Origin: an uncultured Eubacteriales bacterium
GTDB taxonomy: Bacteria > Bacillota > Clostridia > Oscillospirales > Acutalibacteraceae
NCBI GenBank assembly: GCA_934476545.1
Contig: CAKSOB010000001.1
Location: forward strand, 96,986-160,985
Length of the DNA: 64,000 bases
Direction of reading: 5' to 3'
Shown here one piece after another: positions 17,697 through 27,023 of this stretch (within the stretch, counting starts at the first letter, position 1; each line of letters opens with the position of its first letter). The position numbers and the translations under genes were made by a program. The notes under the pieces were generated by a model. That model worked only from the letters and a program-made list of their open reading frames with translations. It had not been told where the DNA came from and made no database searches.

Positions 17697-20330
17697 TTAT
17701 TTCTTTGCAGTTGGCTTTTTTGCAGTAGTCGGTGCAGTTTTTGCAGCCGGCTTCGTTGCAGCGGCAGTGGTTGCCGGAGCCTCTGTTGTCTTTGCTGCTG
17801 CCTTTGCAGTGGTTGTTCTTGTGGTTTTTGCAGCAGTCTTTGCAGTGCTCTTTGTAGCAGGAGTTTTGGTTGTCTTTGTGGTGGAAGAGGTCTTCTTTGC
17901 AGGAGCCTTCTTCTCCTCAACAGGGTGTGGCAATGGCTTTGCATTCCAGATATTCTCTGCGTACTCTCTGATTGCTCTGTCCGCAGCAAAACGACCTGCC
18001 TGCGCAATGTTTACAGCACACATGCTGTTCCACTTCATTGGATCGTTATACAGCTTCTCTGCCTTCTCTCTTGCAGCACGATAAGCATCGAAATCTGCCA
18101 GAACCATGTATGGGTCCTTGGTGGTCAGATTGTCTGCAATATTCTCGAAGGTAGTACCGCTGATGCCGTGTTTCATTGCATCCAGTGCATTGCGAATCAC
18201 TTCGTTCTGGTTCACAATGTTCTGTGGGCAGTAACCCTCAGCAGCCAACTTGTTTACTTCCGGTGTAGTCAAACCGAAGAGGATGATGTTGTCATCACCT
18301 ACGGACTCATGGATCTCTACGTTTGCACCATCCAGAGTACCCATGGTTACCGCGCCGTTAATCATGAACTTCATGTTGCCGGTACCGGAGGCTTCCTTAC
18401 CTGCCTGAGAAATCTGCTGGCTGATATCGCCTGCAGGAATCAGCTTCTCTGCAACGGTTACACGGTAATCCTCAATGTAAACAACCTTCATCATCTTGTT
18501 TACGGAAGGATCGTTGTTGATCATCTCGCCCAGCTTGTAGATGAACTGCATCATCTGCTTTGCGAAGTAGTAACCCGGAGCAGCCTTTGCACCAAAGATG
18601 TAGGTTCTTGGTGTGATGGTCTTGCTTGGGTTTGCCTTGAGCCACTGGTAAGTTGCCAGAATGTTCAAGGCATTCAGGTGCTGACGCTTATACTCGTGCA
18701 TCCGCTTGATCTGTACGTCGAAAATGGAATCCGGATCAATGTCGATGTTGTTGTGCTTCTTTACATACTCGGCAAACTTCACCTTGTTTTCCTTTTTCAC
18801 CTGTGCCAGCTTCTTCAGGAATGCAGCGTCATCCTTGTAAGCCATCAGCTTTTGCAGCTCGGATGCCTCACGGATATAGCCCTCGCCGATGGTTTCGTTC
18901 AGCAAGTTTGCAAGACCCGGGTTGGACTGGTTCAACCAACGGCGGTGTGCAATACCGTTTGTAACGTTGGTGAACTTATCCGGCATTTCGGTGTAGAAAT
19001 CGTGGAATACATCGTCCTTCAGAATCTGGCTGTGCAGTGCAGCAACGCCGTTTACCTTGTGGCTTGCAACAACTGCCAGGTTTGCCATCTTTACATAGCC
19101 GTCGTTCAACGGAGCCATGCGGCCAACCTTGTAGCCGTCTACGCCGATATCGTGCATATCCTTGCAGAAACGACGGTTGATTTCCTCTACGATCTGATAG
19201 ATTCTAGGCAGCAGCATCTTAAACAAATCTACACCCCAACACTCCAGAGCCTCTGCCATAACGGTGTGGTTGGTGTAAGCGATGGTTCTGGTAACAATAT
19301 CCCATGCCTTCTCCCAACCATAGCCGCATTCGTCCATCATAATCCGCATCAGTTCCGGAACAGCCAGAACCGGGTGGGTATCGTTCAGGTGGATTGCAAC
19401 TACATCCGGCAGGTTATCCAGGGAGCTGTATACCTGCAGGTGACGGCGAACGATGTCCTGAACAGTTGCAGACACCAAGAAGTACTGCTGTGTCAAACGG
19501 AGGCTCTTGCCTTCCATGTGGTTATCTTCCGGATACAGAACCTTTGTGATGGACTCTGCCATAGCATTCTGCTCCAGCGCGTGGAGATAGTCACCGCTGT
19601 TGAATGCCTTCATGTCAAATTCCGGAGATTTGGAATCCCACAGTCTGAGCAGGCTGATGGTCTTACCATCCATACCGGAAACATACATATCGTATGGCAA
19701 TGCGGTGATTCTCTTGTAGTTCTTGTGGTCTACAATGTGGTAGCCGTCTTCCCAACGATCCTCTACCTGACCGCCGAAGTGTACCTCGATTTTCTTATCG
19801 GTTGCGGATTGCAGCCAAATTCTGCCGCCCGGCAGCCAAAAGTCCGGCAGCTCAGTCTGCCAACCGTCTACCAGCTTTTGACGGAAAATACCGTACTCAT
19901 ACAGCAAGGAATAACCGGTTGCCTGATAGCCGTCGGTTGCCAAGCCATCCAAGAAGCAAGCAGCCAAACGACCCAAACCGCCGTTGCCCAAGCCTGCATC
20001 CGGTTCTTCTTCGTAGATCTGATCCAAATCAATTCCCATGCCGTCCAAAGCCTTGCGGAAATCATGCTCAATGCCCAGATTGAACAGATTGTTTCTCAAG
20101 GAACGACCCATGAGGAACTCCATGCACAGGTAGTAAACCTGCTTGGAATTGGTTTCGGCAGTAAGCTTTTTATTCTCTGCTCTGCCCTTTGCCATCATGG
20201 CACGAACGATCATAACGACCGCTTTATAGATTTCCTGATTGGACGCTTGCTCCAGTTCAACGCCAAAGGTTTGTTCCAAATTGGCTTTGATCTGTGCCTG
20301 AATGTCTTCCACTGGTTGTTTATAATTCAT
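17697..20330 (-). CDS. glgP: Glycogen/maltodextrin phosphorylase (GT35) with a 77-aa K/T/A/P-rich C-terminal extension
   Basis: PLP-site motif EASGTGNMKFMINGA with full-length GT35 similarity. Start is MNYKQPVEDI with GGAGGAAG upstream. The tail is PHPVEEKKAPAKKTSSTTKTTKTPATKSTAKTAAKTT...AKKPTAKK. Confidence 0.9.
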   Translation of the reverse strand: MNYKQPVEDIQAQIKANLEQTFGVELEQASNQEIYKAVVMIVRAMMAKGRAENKKLTAETNSKQVYYLCMEFLMGRSLRNNLFNLGIEHDFRKALDGMGIDLDQIYEEEPDAGLGNGGLGRLAACFLDGLATDGYQATGYSLLYEYGIFRQKLVDGWQTELPDFWLPGGRIWLQSATDKKIEVHFGGQVEDRWEDGYHIVDHKNYKRITALPYDMYVSGMDGKTISLLRLWDSKSPEFDMKAFNSGDYLHALEQNAMAESITKVLYPEDNHMEGKSLRLTQQYFLVSATVQDIVRRHLQVYSSLDNLPDVVAIHLNDTHPVLAVPELMRIMMDECGYGWEKAWDIVTRTIAYTNHTVMAEALECWGVDLFKMLLPRIYQIVEEINRRFCKDMHDIGVDGYKVGRMAPLNDGYVKMANLAVVASHKVNGVAALHSQILKDDVFHDFYTEMPDKFTNVTNGIAHRRWLNQSNPGLANLLNETIGEGYIREASELQKLMAYKDDAAFLKKLAQVKKENKVKFAEYVKKHNNIDIDPDSIFDVQIKRMHEYKRQHLNALNILATYQWLKANPSKTITPRTYIFGAKAAPGYYFAKQMMQFIYKLGEMINNDPSVNKMMKVVYIEDYRVTVAEKLIPAGDISQQISQAGKEASGTGNMKFMINGAVTMGTLDGANVEIHESVGDDNIILFGLTTPEVNKLAAEGYCPQNIVNQNEVIRNALDAMKHGISGTTFENIADNLTTKDPYMVLADFDAYRAAREKAEKLYNDPMKWNSMCAVNIAQAGRFAADRAIREYAENIWNAKPLPHPVEEKKAPAKKTSSTTKTTKTPATKSTAKTAAKTTRTTTAKAAAKTTEAPATTAAATKPAAKTAPTTAKKPTAKK

Positions 20331-20837
20331 ATATAGACACTTCCTCCATAAATTTAATAACACTGTGCGCTCGATCACTTACAAAACATAGTGATCCCAG
20401 ATTGAAAGTATGGTCATTATACTACAAAAAATGGAACTTTTCAACCGCAATGCCAATATTTCAAAAAAATCGTGCAATACCCATAAAACCGTTGAAACTA
20501 CGTGGATTTCTCCATTTTCTATTTTAAAAAAATCCCTTTTTCATTACTCCGCAAAAAGCCCTGATTTTTGTGCGAAATATACAAAAAGCATTCTTTGCGA
20601 AAAAATATTTTATTACCAACTGTTACCCACACTTTCTCTCCCAGAGATTTGGATAAAATACACAAACCTATACACAATTCCATGTATAAGTATTACAAAC
20701 ACTTAGGGGGAATTCTTTTGCGCTACGGTGCAGGATATGGTAGAATAGAAGAAATCTCAATGTTTTGAGAATCCTTTCGCTTTGTCGTTTTTCAGATTCT
20801 CAACGCACCGTCTTTTTGTATCAAAGGAGGTTATACC

Positions 20838-22931
20838 ATGCGATCCCATCGGAACCAACTGGAAATCTTAGCACCTGCCGGCTCTATGGAATCTTTGCAG
20901 GCTGCCGTTCGCAGCGGCGCAAACGCCGTTTATCTGGGTGCAGAATCTTTTAGCGCACGGGGAAACGCCAAAAACTTTAGCCGAGAACAGCTGCGGGAAG
21001 CCGTGGAATACTGCCACTTGGCCGGTGTTGCGGTTCATCTTGCCATCAACACCGTTTTGTTTGATAAAGAATTGCCGGAAGCCTTGGAGTTGGCACAGTA
21101 CGCCTGCTCCCTACCGGTAGATGCCGTCATTGTCCAAGACTGGGGATTATTCCGTCTGCTGCGCCAAGCCGCACCGGAGTTGCCCATTCACTGCTCTACC
21201 CAAATGTCCATCCACACGCCTGCCGGTGCCAAGCTCATGGCAGACCAAGGCGCATCCCGTGTGGTGTTATCTCGTGAACTGTCTTTGCGGGAAATTCAAG
21301 AAATCTCCGCTGCTACACCGGTGGAACTGGAGCATTTCGTTCACGGCGCGCTGTGTATGTGCGTATCGGGACAATGTTACTTCAGTGCCGTCCTAGGCTC
21401 CCGCAGCGGAAACCGTGGACTGTGCGCACAGCCTTGCCGACTGCCCTTTTCCGCAAAGGGCGGTACCGGCTATGATTTGAGCTTGAAGGATTTATCCATG
21501 ATTTCCAGAATGGATGCGTTGCGAGAAGTCGGCGTAGACTCCTGTAAAATTGAAGGGCGAATGAAGCGCCCCGAATATGTTGCCGCTGCCACTGCCGCCG
21601 CACGATATGCCGCCGATGGACAACCCATTCCACCGGAACTGATGAAAAACTTAGAGTCGGTCTTTTCTCGTTCCGGCTTTACCAGCGGATACCCGGACGG
21701 TAAATTGGGCGTAGAAATGTTCGGTACCCGCACCTATGAGGATGTGACCGGCGCAACAAAATCTGTATTTTCCTCTTTGCAAGGATTGTATCAAAAAGAG
21801 CGACAGAGCGTTCCTCTAACGATGCGCTTCGCTGCAAAATTAAATATGCCCTGCACCTTGACGGTCAGTGACGGAACCCATTCCGTTACCGTTTCCGGAA
21901 CAGTGTGTGAGCTGGCACAAAATCGCCCTTTAGACCCGGAACGATGTCAAACACAACTGCAAAAAACAGGCGGCACGGTCTTTTTTATCGAAAAGTATAC
22001 TGCCGATATTGATAACAGCGTGGCACTTCCGATTTCCGCACTTAATGAATTGCGGCGAGAAGCATTGGAACAGCTTTCCGTTTTGCGAAAACAACGCTCA
22101 CCGATTCCGTTTACCATGCCAACTTTCAACAAGGAGCGTCATCTTTGTGGAAAACCTGCGCTGCGTGCCGTTTTTTCTCAGGTGAAATCCGCCTCGGATA
22201 TCCCGGACAGCGCCACTGTTTGTGAGCGTATTTTTGTCCCGCTCTCCACCAAGCAAGATGTTCTGGAAGCATTGTTATCCCGTGGATTGCCATTGGGCGT
22301 TACCGTTCCAAGAGGAATGTTCGGACAGGAACAACAAGCACGAAAAGCCTTACAGCGATGTAACGAACTGGGAATCAACCACGGTCTGGCAGGAACCATC
22401 GGTGGGATTGCTTTATTGAAAGAAACGGATATGACCATTCACGGCGGATTTTCTCTGAATATTACCAACAGCCAGTCTTTAGAATACTTCCGCTCTCTCG
22501 GTGTTTCCGACGCAGAATTATCCTGCGAGATTACGCTCTCCCAAGCGGCTGCCATGGGCGGAACCATGCCCCGTGGCTTAGTTGCCTATGGACGGCTTCC
22601 TTTGATGCTGACACGGAACTGTCCTGCCGCCAATCACCCTGACGGATGCCGTGGCTGTGAGAATCGTGGCGGTACACGCCCGGCGCAAATTGTAGACCGA
22701 AAGGGAATCGTTTTCCCGATTCAATGTGAAAACGGATGCAGCACCGTATTAAACAGCGTTCCTCTTGTATGGAGTGACCAACTAAGCGCCTTAAAGGGGG
22801 TTGATTTTCTCACTTTAAACGTAACTGTTGAAAACTCTGTTGAAACTGACGAAATCTTTTTTGTATACAAAAATGGTAAAAATTTAAAAATCCCCTTAAC
22901 TAGGGGACTTTATCGCCGTGGCGTAGTTTGA
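20838..22931 (+). CDS. Peptidase U32 family protein (PrtC/collagenase-like)
   Basis: U32 signature EHFVHGALCMCVSGQCYFS and N-terminal LEILAPAGS. AAAGGAGG SD. Confidence 0.85.
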   Translation: MRSHRNQLEILAPAGSMESLQAAVRSGANAVYLGAESFSARGNAKNFSREQLREAVEYCHLAGVAVHLAINTVLFDKELPEALELAQYACSLPVDAVIVQDWGLFRLLRQAAPELPIHCSTQMSIHTPAGAKLMADQGASRVVLSRELSLREIQEISAATPVELEHFVHGALCMCVSGQCYFSAVLGSRSGNRGLCAQPCRLPFSAKGGTGYDLSLKDLSMISRMDALREVGVDSCKIEGRMKRPEYVAAATAAARYAADGQPIPPELMKNLESVFSRSGFTSGYPDGKLGVEMFGTRTYEDVTGATKSVFSSLQGLYQKERQSVPLTMRFAAKLNMPCTLTVSDGTHSVTVSGTVCELAQNRPLDPERCQTQLQKTGGTVFFIEKYTADIDNSVALPISALNELRREALEQLSVLRKQRSPIPFTMPTFNKERHLCGKPALRAVFSQVKSASDIPDSATVCERIFVPLSTKQDVLEALLSRGLPLGVTVPRGMFGQEQQARKALQRCNELGINHGLAGTIGGIALLKETDMTIHGGFSLNITNSQSLEYFRSLGVSDAELSCEITLSQAAAMGGTMPRGLVAYGRLPLMLTRNCPAANHPDGCRGCENRGGTRPAQIVDRKGIVFPIQCENGCSTVLNSVPLVWSDQLSALKGVDFLTLNVTVENSVETDEIFFVYKNGKNLKIPLTRGLYRRGVV

Positions 22932-23286
22932 ACAGTCTTGTGGAAAAGGTTTCAACATTTCACAAAAAATGGATTTTCCCGCCATTTCCACGATAAGAAT
23001 ATGACACACAATCCCCAAAATAGGCTATTTTTTCCAAAACAACCCGACTTTTCGTCTACTTTCGGTTCCAATCTGTTTTTTCATGCCGCAAAATTGCCGG
23101 ATTTTCGCATCCCTTCGCCATATTTTTCACTTGTCAACACCCTGTCATCTATGGTATGATTACCATATCTTTAAGTTTATCGTTTAGCGATTGATTTCGC
23201 TTTCCAGTATCGTTTCAAAGGGTGGCGCCTCCACCCTGCAACGAACATCTACCTGTTTTGAAAAATCTCTTTGAGGTGATAACAAC

Positions 23287-25068
23287 ATGATTAACTGTAT
23301 CAACGACCATCAACTGACGGCGACGGTCGTTCGCATTGAGTGGGAACGCATCATCGTTTCCATTGATGTAAAATTATCTTTTGCGTCGGGGGTGGACAAA
23401 TCCGAGCCACTGCAATTTTATGCCGTGAATGGCCTGTTTTGCGCCAAGGCACTGTTTGAAGCAGAGCAAATCTCCGACGACCACTACCGGTTATCTATGA
23501 ACCTGACCAACCCCGGCGATGTTCGTTGTCTGCCGGTTGGCACCTATTCCATTGCTATTTGCCGTGGAGAGAACATTTTGGCAACTGCCGTTGTGGATCC
23601 GGAATACACTGCAAACTTGGAAGACCGATCCCGTAACTTTCTCTTTGGCGGACGAAGCAAAGTGTATACCGTTACCTTTATGGTGAGAGAAGGCGAAGAG
23701 GATCTTCCCTTTATCATGTATGTGCTTTGCTCCAAGCGTTCCGGTATGGACTTCCCTACTGATGGCAAAAAGAGCAACGGCGGCTTCAATATGGCAGCGT
23801 TTAAAAAGAAACACTCCCGTCCGTTCCTACGGAAAATTTATCGGATGCAGCGAAAGAAAAAGAACAATGAAAAACCTGTGGTGCTATTCCTTTCGGAACA
23901 AAGTGACCGCTTAGGCTCTAACTTAACTTCGGTACGGAACCGTATGAAAGAACGTGGATTGGACAAGCAGTTCACGATCATAGAATCTGCCCGCATGGCA
24001 ACTTCTCAGCCGCAATCCCAGAAAAGCTGGATGGCACTGATGAAAAAACTCGCCGTTGCCGATGTTATTTATCTGGATGACCACGCACCGGTTCTGGATT
24101 GGCTGAAATTGGAAGAATCCACCAAGGTCATTCAGCTTTGGCATGCAGGCGCAGGCTTTAAGTCCTCCGGTTACAGCCGTTGGGGACACATTGGCTGCCC
24201 CGGCCCTTCCAGCTGCCACCGTCAATACACCTACGGCATTGCAGGCTCCCGCCACATTGCACACTTCTTCTCCGAGGTTTGGGGTATCAACACGGAGAAC
24301 GTTCTGCCGACCGGTATGCCTCGTATCGACGAATACTTAGATCCGGTCTATCGAGAGAAGAAAACAGCAGAATTGTATCAACAATTCCCAATGTGCAAGG
24401 GAAAGAAGGTTATTCTGTTTGCACCGACCTATCGTGGTAAAAACAGAGCTGATGCTTATTACCCTTATGAACTGATTGACTTTGAAAAGCTGTATCAACT
24501 CTGCGGCGACGAATACGTTGTTCTGTTTAAGATGCACCCTTGGGTTAGTGCGCCGGTTCCCTTGGAGGAGCGGTTCCAAGATCGGTTTGTGGATGCCAAC
24601 ACTTATCCAAACATCAATGATCTGTTCTACATTACAGACCTGCTCATCACAGATTATTCCTCCAATATTTTTGAATATTCTTTGATGCGCCGCCCAATGT
24701 TGTTCTTCGCCTTTGATAAAATTCAGTACTCCTTCTCTCGTGGATTCCACAGAGATTATGAGCTGTCCGCTCCCGGTAAGGTGTGCTACAACTTTGAGGA
24801 GCTGTTGACCGCTCTGGAACAAAAAGACTTCGAGTACGAAAAGGTGGAGGAGTATGTAGCCCACCACTTCGACCACATCGACAGCAACAGCTCCGATCGT
24901 GTCATCGACTGGACCTTGTTGGATCAGATTCCGGAGGACTTGCGGCTTGCCATTGAGGCGAAAAAGAAGCAAGTGGAATCTCTGCCCTTCTTAGACTTTA
25001 CCGTTTTGGATGTTGTAGGAGAACAAGAAGAATCCGACGGCACCGAAGAGGAAGAAGAAACCACATGA
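23287..25068 (+). CDS. CDP-glycerol/CDP-ribitol polyol-phosphate transferase (TagF/TarL family) with a unique N-terminal domain and an acidic tail
   Basis: QLWHAGAGFKSSGY, ILFAPTYRG and LITDYSSNIFEY motifs of the TagF family. Confidence 0.8.
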   Translation: MINCINDHQLTATVVRIEWERIIVSIDVKLSFASGVDKSEPLQFYAVNGLFCAKALFEAEQISDDHYRLSMNLTNPGDVRCLPVGTYSIAICRGENILATAVVDPEYTANLEDRSRNFLFGGRSKVYTVTFMVREGEEDLPFIMYVLCSKRSGMDFPTDGKKSNGGFNMAAFKKKHSRPFLRKIYRMQRKKKNNEKPVVLFLSEQSDRLGSNLTSVRNRMKERGLDKQFTIIESARMATSQPQSQKSWMALMKKLAVADVIYLDDHAPVLDWLKLEESTKVIQLWHAGAGFKSSGYSRWGHIGCPGPSSCHRQYTYGIAGSRHIAHFFSEVWGINTENVLPTGMPRIDEYLDPVYREKKTAELYQQFPMCKGKKVILFAPTYRGKNRADAYYPYELIDFEKLYQLCGDEYVVLFKMHPWVSAPVPLEERFQDRFVDANTYPNINDLFYITDLLITDYSSNIFEYSLMRRPMLFFAFDKIQYSFSRGFHRDYELSAPGKVCYNFEELLTALEQKDFEYEKVEEYVAHHFDHIDSNSSDRVIDWTLLDQIPEDLRLAIEAKKKQVESLPFLDFTVLDVVGEQEESDGTEEEEETT

Positions 25069-25094
25069 TCTCTCTGGAAGGAGGAGGTTAACTT

Positions 25095-25883
25095 ATGAAT
25101 ATCGCAGCAATTTTTTCCGGCGGTTCCGGCGTTCGTATGGGTGCCGGCGTACCAAAACAATTTTTGCAGGTAAACGGCAAACCGATTTTGGTACATACCC
25201 TGGAGCTGTTTCAATATCACGATCAAATCGACAAAATTTACATTTCCGTTATTGAGGAGTACATCGACTACGTTTGGGACTTGGTGGAAGAATATCACCT
25301 GACTAAAGTTTGCGGTGTGATGGCAGGCGGAGAAACCGCTCAGGATTCCATCTACAATGCCCTCAAGACCATTGCGTCAGAAAACGAACCGGACTCCATT
25401 GTGCTGCTGCACGACGGCGTTCGCCCGTTTGTTTCATATGAAACAATTCAAAACAACATTGAGGGTGTAAAAGCAAACGGCAATGCGATTACTTGTACTT
25501 CCTGCTTTGAAACCATTCTGCTCAGCGAAGGCGGCGAAACCGTAGATTCCGTTCCGTTCCGAAAGGATACCTATGCAGCGCAAGCACCGCAGAGCTTCTA
25601 TCTGAAGGACATTATCGAAGCCCACGATACCATTCGTCAGCGTCCGAACCGCTACGAAAACATGGTAGACAACTGCACCATCATCAAAACACTGGGACAA
25701 ACTGCTCACATGGTGCCGGGCAATCGAGGAAACATCAAGGTAACCACTCCGGAGGATGTTTACATCATGCGGGCTTTGCTGCAATACCAAGAGAACGAGG
25801 AAGCCTTCGGTTTGGCAACCAACTTGGGTTCCAAAATCAACAGCGCCAAACGGCGTTCCAAAAGGGGGAACCACCATGCTTGA
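25095..25883 (+). CDS. IspD/TarI-family cytidylyltransferase (probable ribitol-5-phosphate cytidylyltransferase)
   Basis: AAIFSGGSGVRMGAGVPKQFL N-terminal nucleotide-binding motif, in a teichoic-acid gene context. Confidence 0.75.
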   Translation: MNIAAIFSGGSGVRMGAGVPKQFLQVNGKPILVHTLELFQYHDQIDKIYISVIEEYIDYVWDLVEEYHLTKVCGVMAGGETAQDSIYNALKTIASENEPDSIVLLHDGVRPFVSYETIQNNIEGVKANGNAITCTSCFETILLSEGGETVDSVPFRKDTYAAQAPQSFYLKDIIEAHDTIRQRPNRYENMVDNCTIIKTLGQTAHMVPGNRGNIKVTTPEDVYIMRALLQYQENEEAFGLATNLGSKINSAKRRSKRGNHHA

Positions 25884-26943
25884 GTGCGGAATTGATCACA
25901 TTATGCAAGCGGACTTGGAAGCGGTTGCACAGGATACCACTCTGGTGCAAGCACTTTCCGGCAAGACTGTTTTTGTCACCGGCGCAACCGGATTAATCGG
26001 TTCTCAGGTAGTTCGTGCGCTTTGCTGCATGAATCGTCTGCACAATGCAAAGCTCCATGTAATTGCATTGGTTCGCAGCGAAGAAAAAGCAACGGCTCTC
26101 TTTGGCTCTTTAATCGAACGTGGGGACGTTTCTCTTTGTCTTGGTGATGTTTCCACTCCGATTCAAGTAGACCAACCGGTGGATTATATCATCCACGGCG
26201 CAAGCCCGACCAGTTCTAAATTTTTCGTTACCAATCCGGTAGATACCATTCGTACTGCCATTGACGGTACCGCAAATGTTCTGGAGTTAGCAAGAGTAAA
26301 GCAAGTAGAAGGCTTCCTTTATCTTTCCTCTTTGGAGGTTTACGGCACCGTAGAGCCGGATGCAGGCTTTATTAAAGAGGATCATTATGGCTATATTGAC
26401 CCTCTGAACGTCCGGAGCAGCTACTCCGAGGGCAAGCGCATGGTGGAATGCCTGTGCGTTTCCTACGGCGCACAGTACGGCGTACCGGTAAAAATCGCTC
26501 GTCTGTCCCAAACCTTTGGTCCCGGCGTGCTGTATCATGATGGTCGTGTTTTTGCGGAATTTGCCCGCTGCGCCATGGAGGGACGAGATATTGTCCTCCA
26601 CACAAAAGGACGCACCGTACGCACCTACTGCTATACAAAAGACGCTGTCAGCGCGCTGCTGTATATTCTCACAAAGGGCGCAAAAAATGAAGCCTACAAC
26701 GTAACCAACATGGATACGGCTGTTTCCATTTGGGAGATGGCGCAGCTTGTTTGCGACACCTATCCGGAGCAGAAAATTCAAGTTACCTGCGACATGCCGG
26801 AGGACTTGAGCGCATTCGGCTACAATCCGGAAATGGTTATTAAGTTGGACAGCACAAAGCTGCAAGCCTTAGGTTGGAATGCCACTGTGGGATTGCAAGA
26901 GATGTACCAACGCATGATTGAGAGCATCCAAAGTACAAAATAA
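25876..26943 (+). CDS. NAD(P)-dependent SDR epimerase/dehydratase/reductase family protein
   Basis: VFVTGATGLIGSQ Rossmann motif and YSEGK catalytic YxxxK. The ATG overlaps the upstream stop by 8 nt. Confidence 0.8.
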   Translation: MLECGIDHIMQADLEAVAQDTTLVQALSGKTVFVTGATGLIGSQVVRALCCMNRLHNAKLHVIALVRSEEKATALFGSLIERGDVSLCLGDVSTPIQVDQPVDYIIHGASPTSSKFFVTNPVDTIRTAIDGTANVLELARVKQVEGFLYLSSLEVYGTVEPDAGFIKEDHYGYIDPLNVRSSYSEGKRMVECLCVSYGAQYGVPVKIARLSQTFGPGVLYHDGRVFAEFARCAMEGRDIVLHTKGRTVRTYCYTKDAVSALLYILTKGAKNEAYNVTNMDTAVSIWEMAQLVCDTYPEQKIQVTCDMPEDLSAFGYNPEMVIKLDSTKLQALGWNATVGLQEMYQRMIESIQSTK

Positions 26944-27023
26944 ATTCGGTTTGACTTCCGAACATTTCCCCGGAAAATCCATTAAATAATTTCCATCATA
27001 GAACACGAAAAGGAGGAGATTGT

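Noticed and set aside
17925-20336. 803-aa plus-strand ORF, plus the hydrophobic 161-aa ORF 17599..18084
   Set aside because: These are shadow frames antisense to glgP, which has unmistakable GT35 motifs. The antisense translations are Cys/Val/Leu-rich with no SD and no recognisable domain. The VVFAAAF repeats simply mirror the K/T/A tail codons.
20379-20440. GATCACT-9 nt-AGTGATC inverted repeat and possible cre site upstream of glgP
   Set aside because: The nearby TGAAAGTATGGTCA lacks the central CG of the cre consensus. The 7-bp inverted repeat alone is within chance expectation for an AT-rich spacer.
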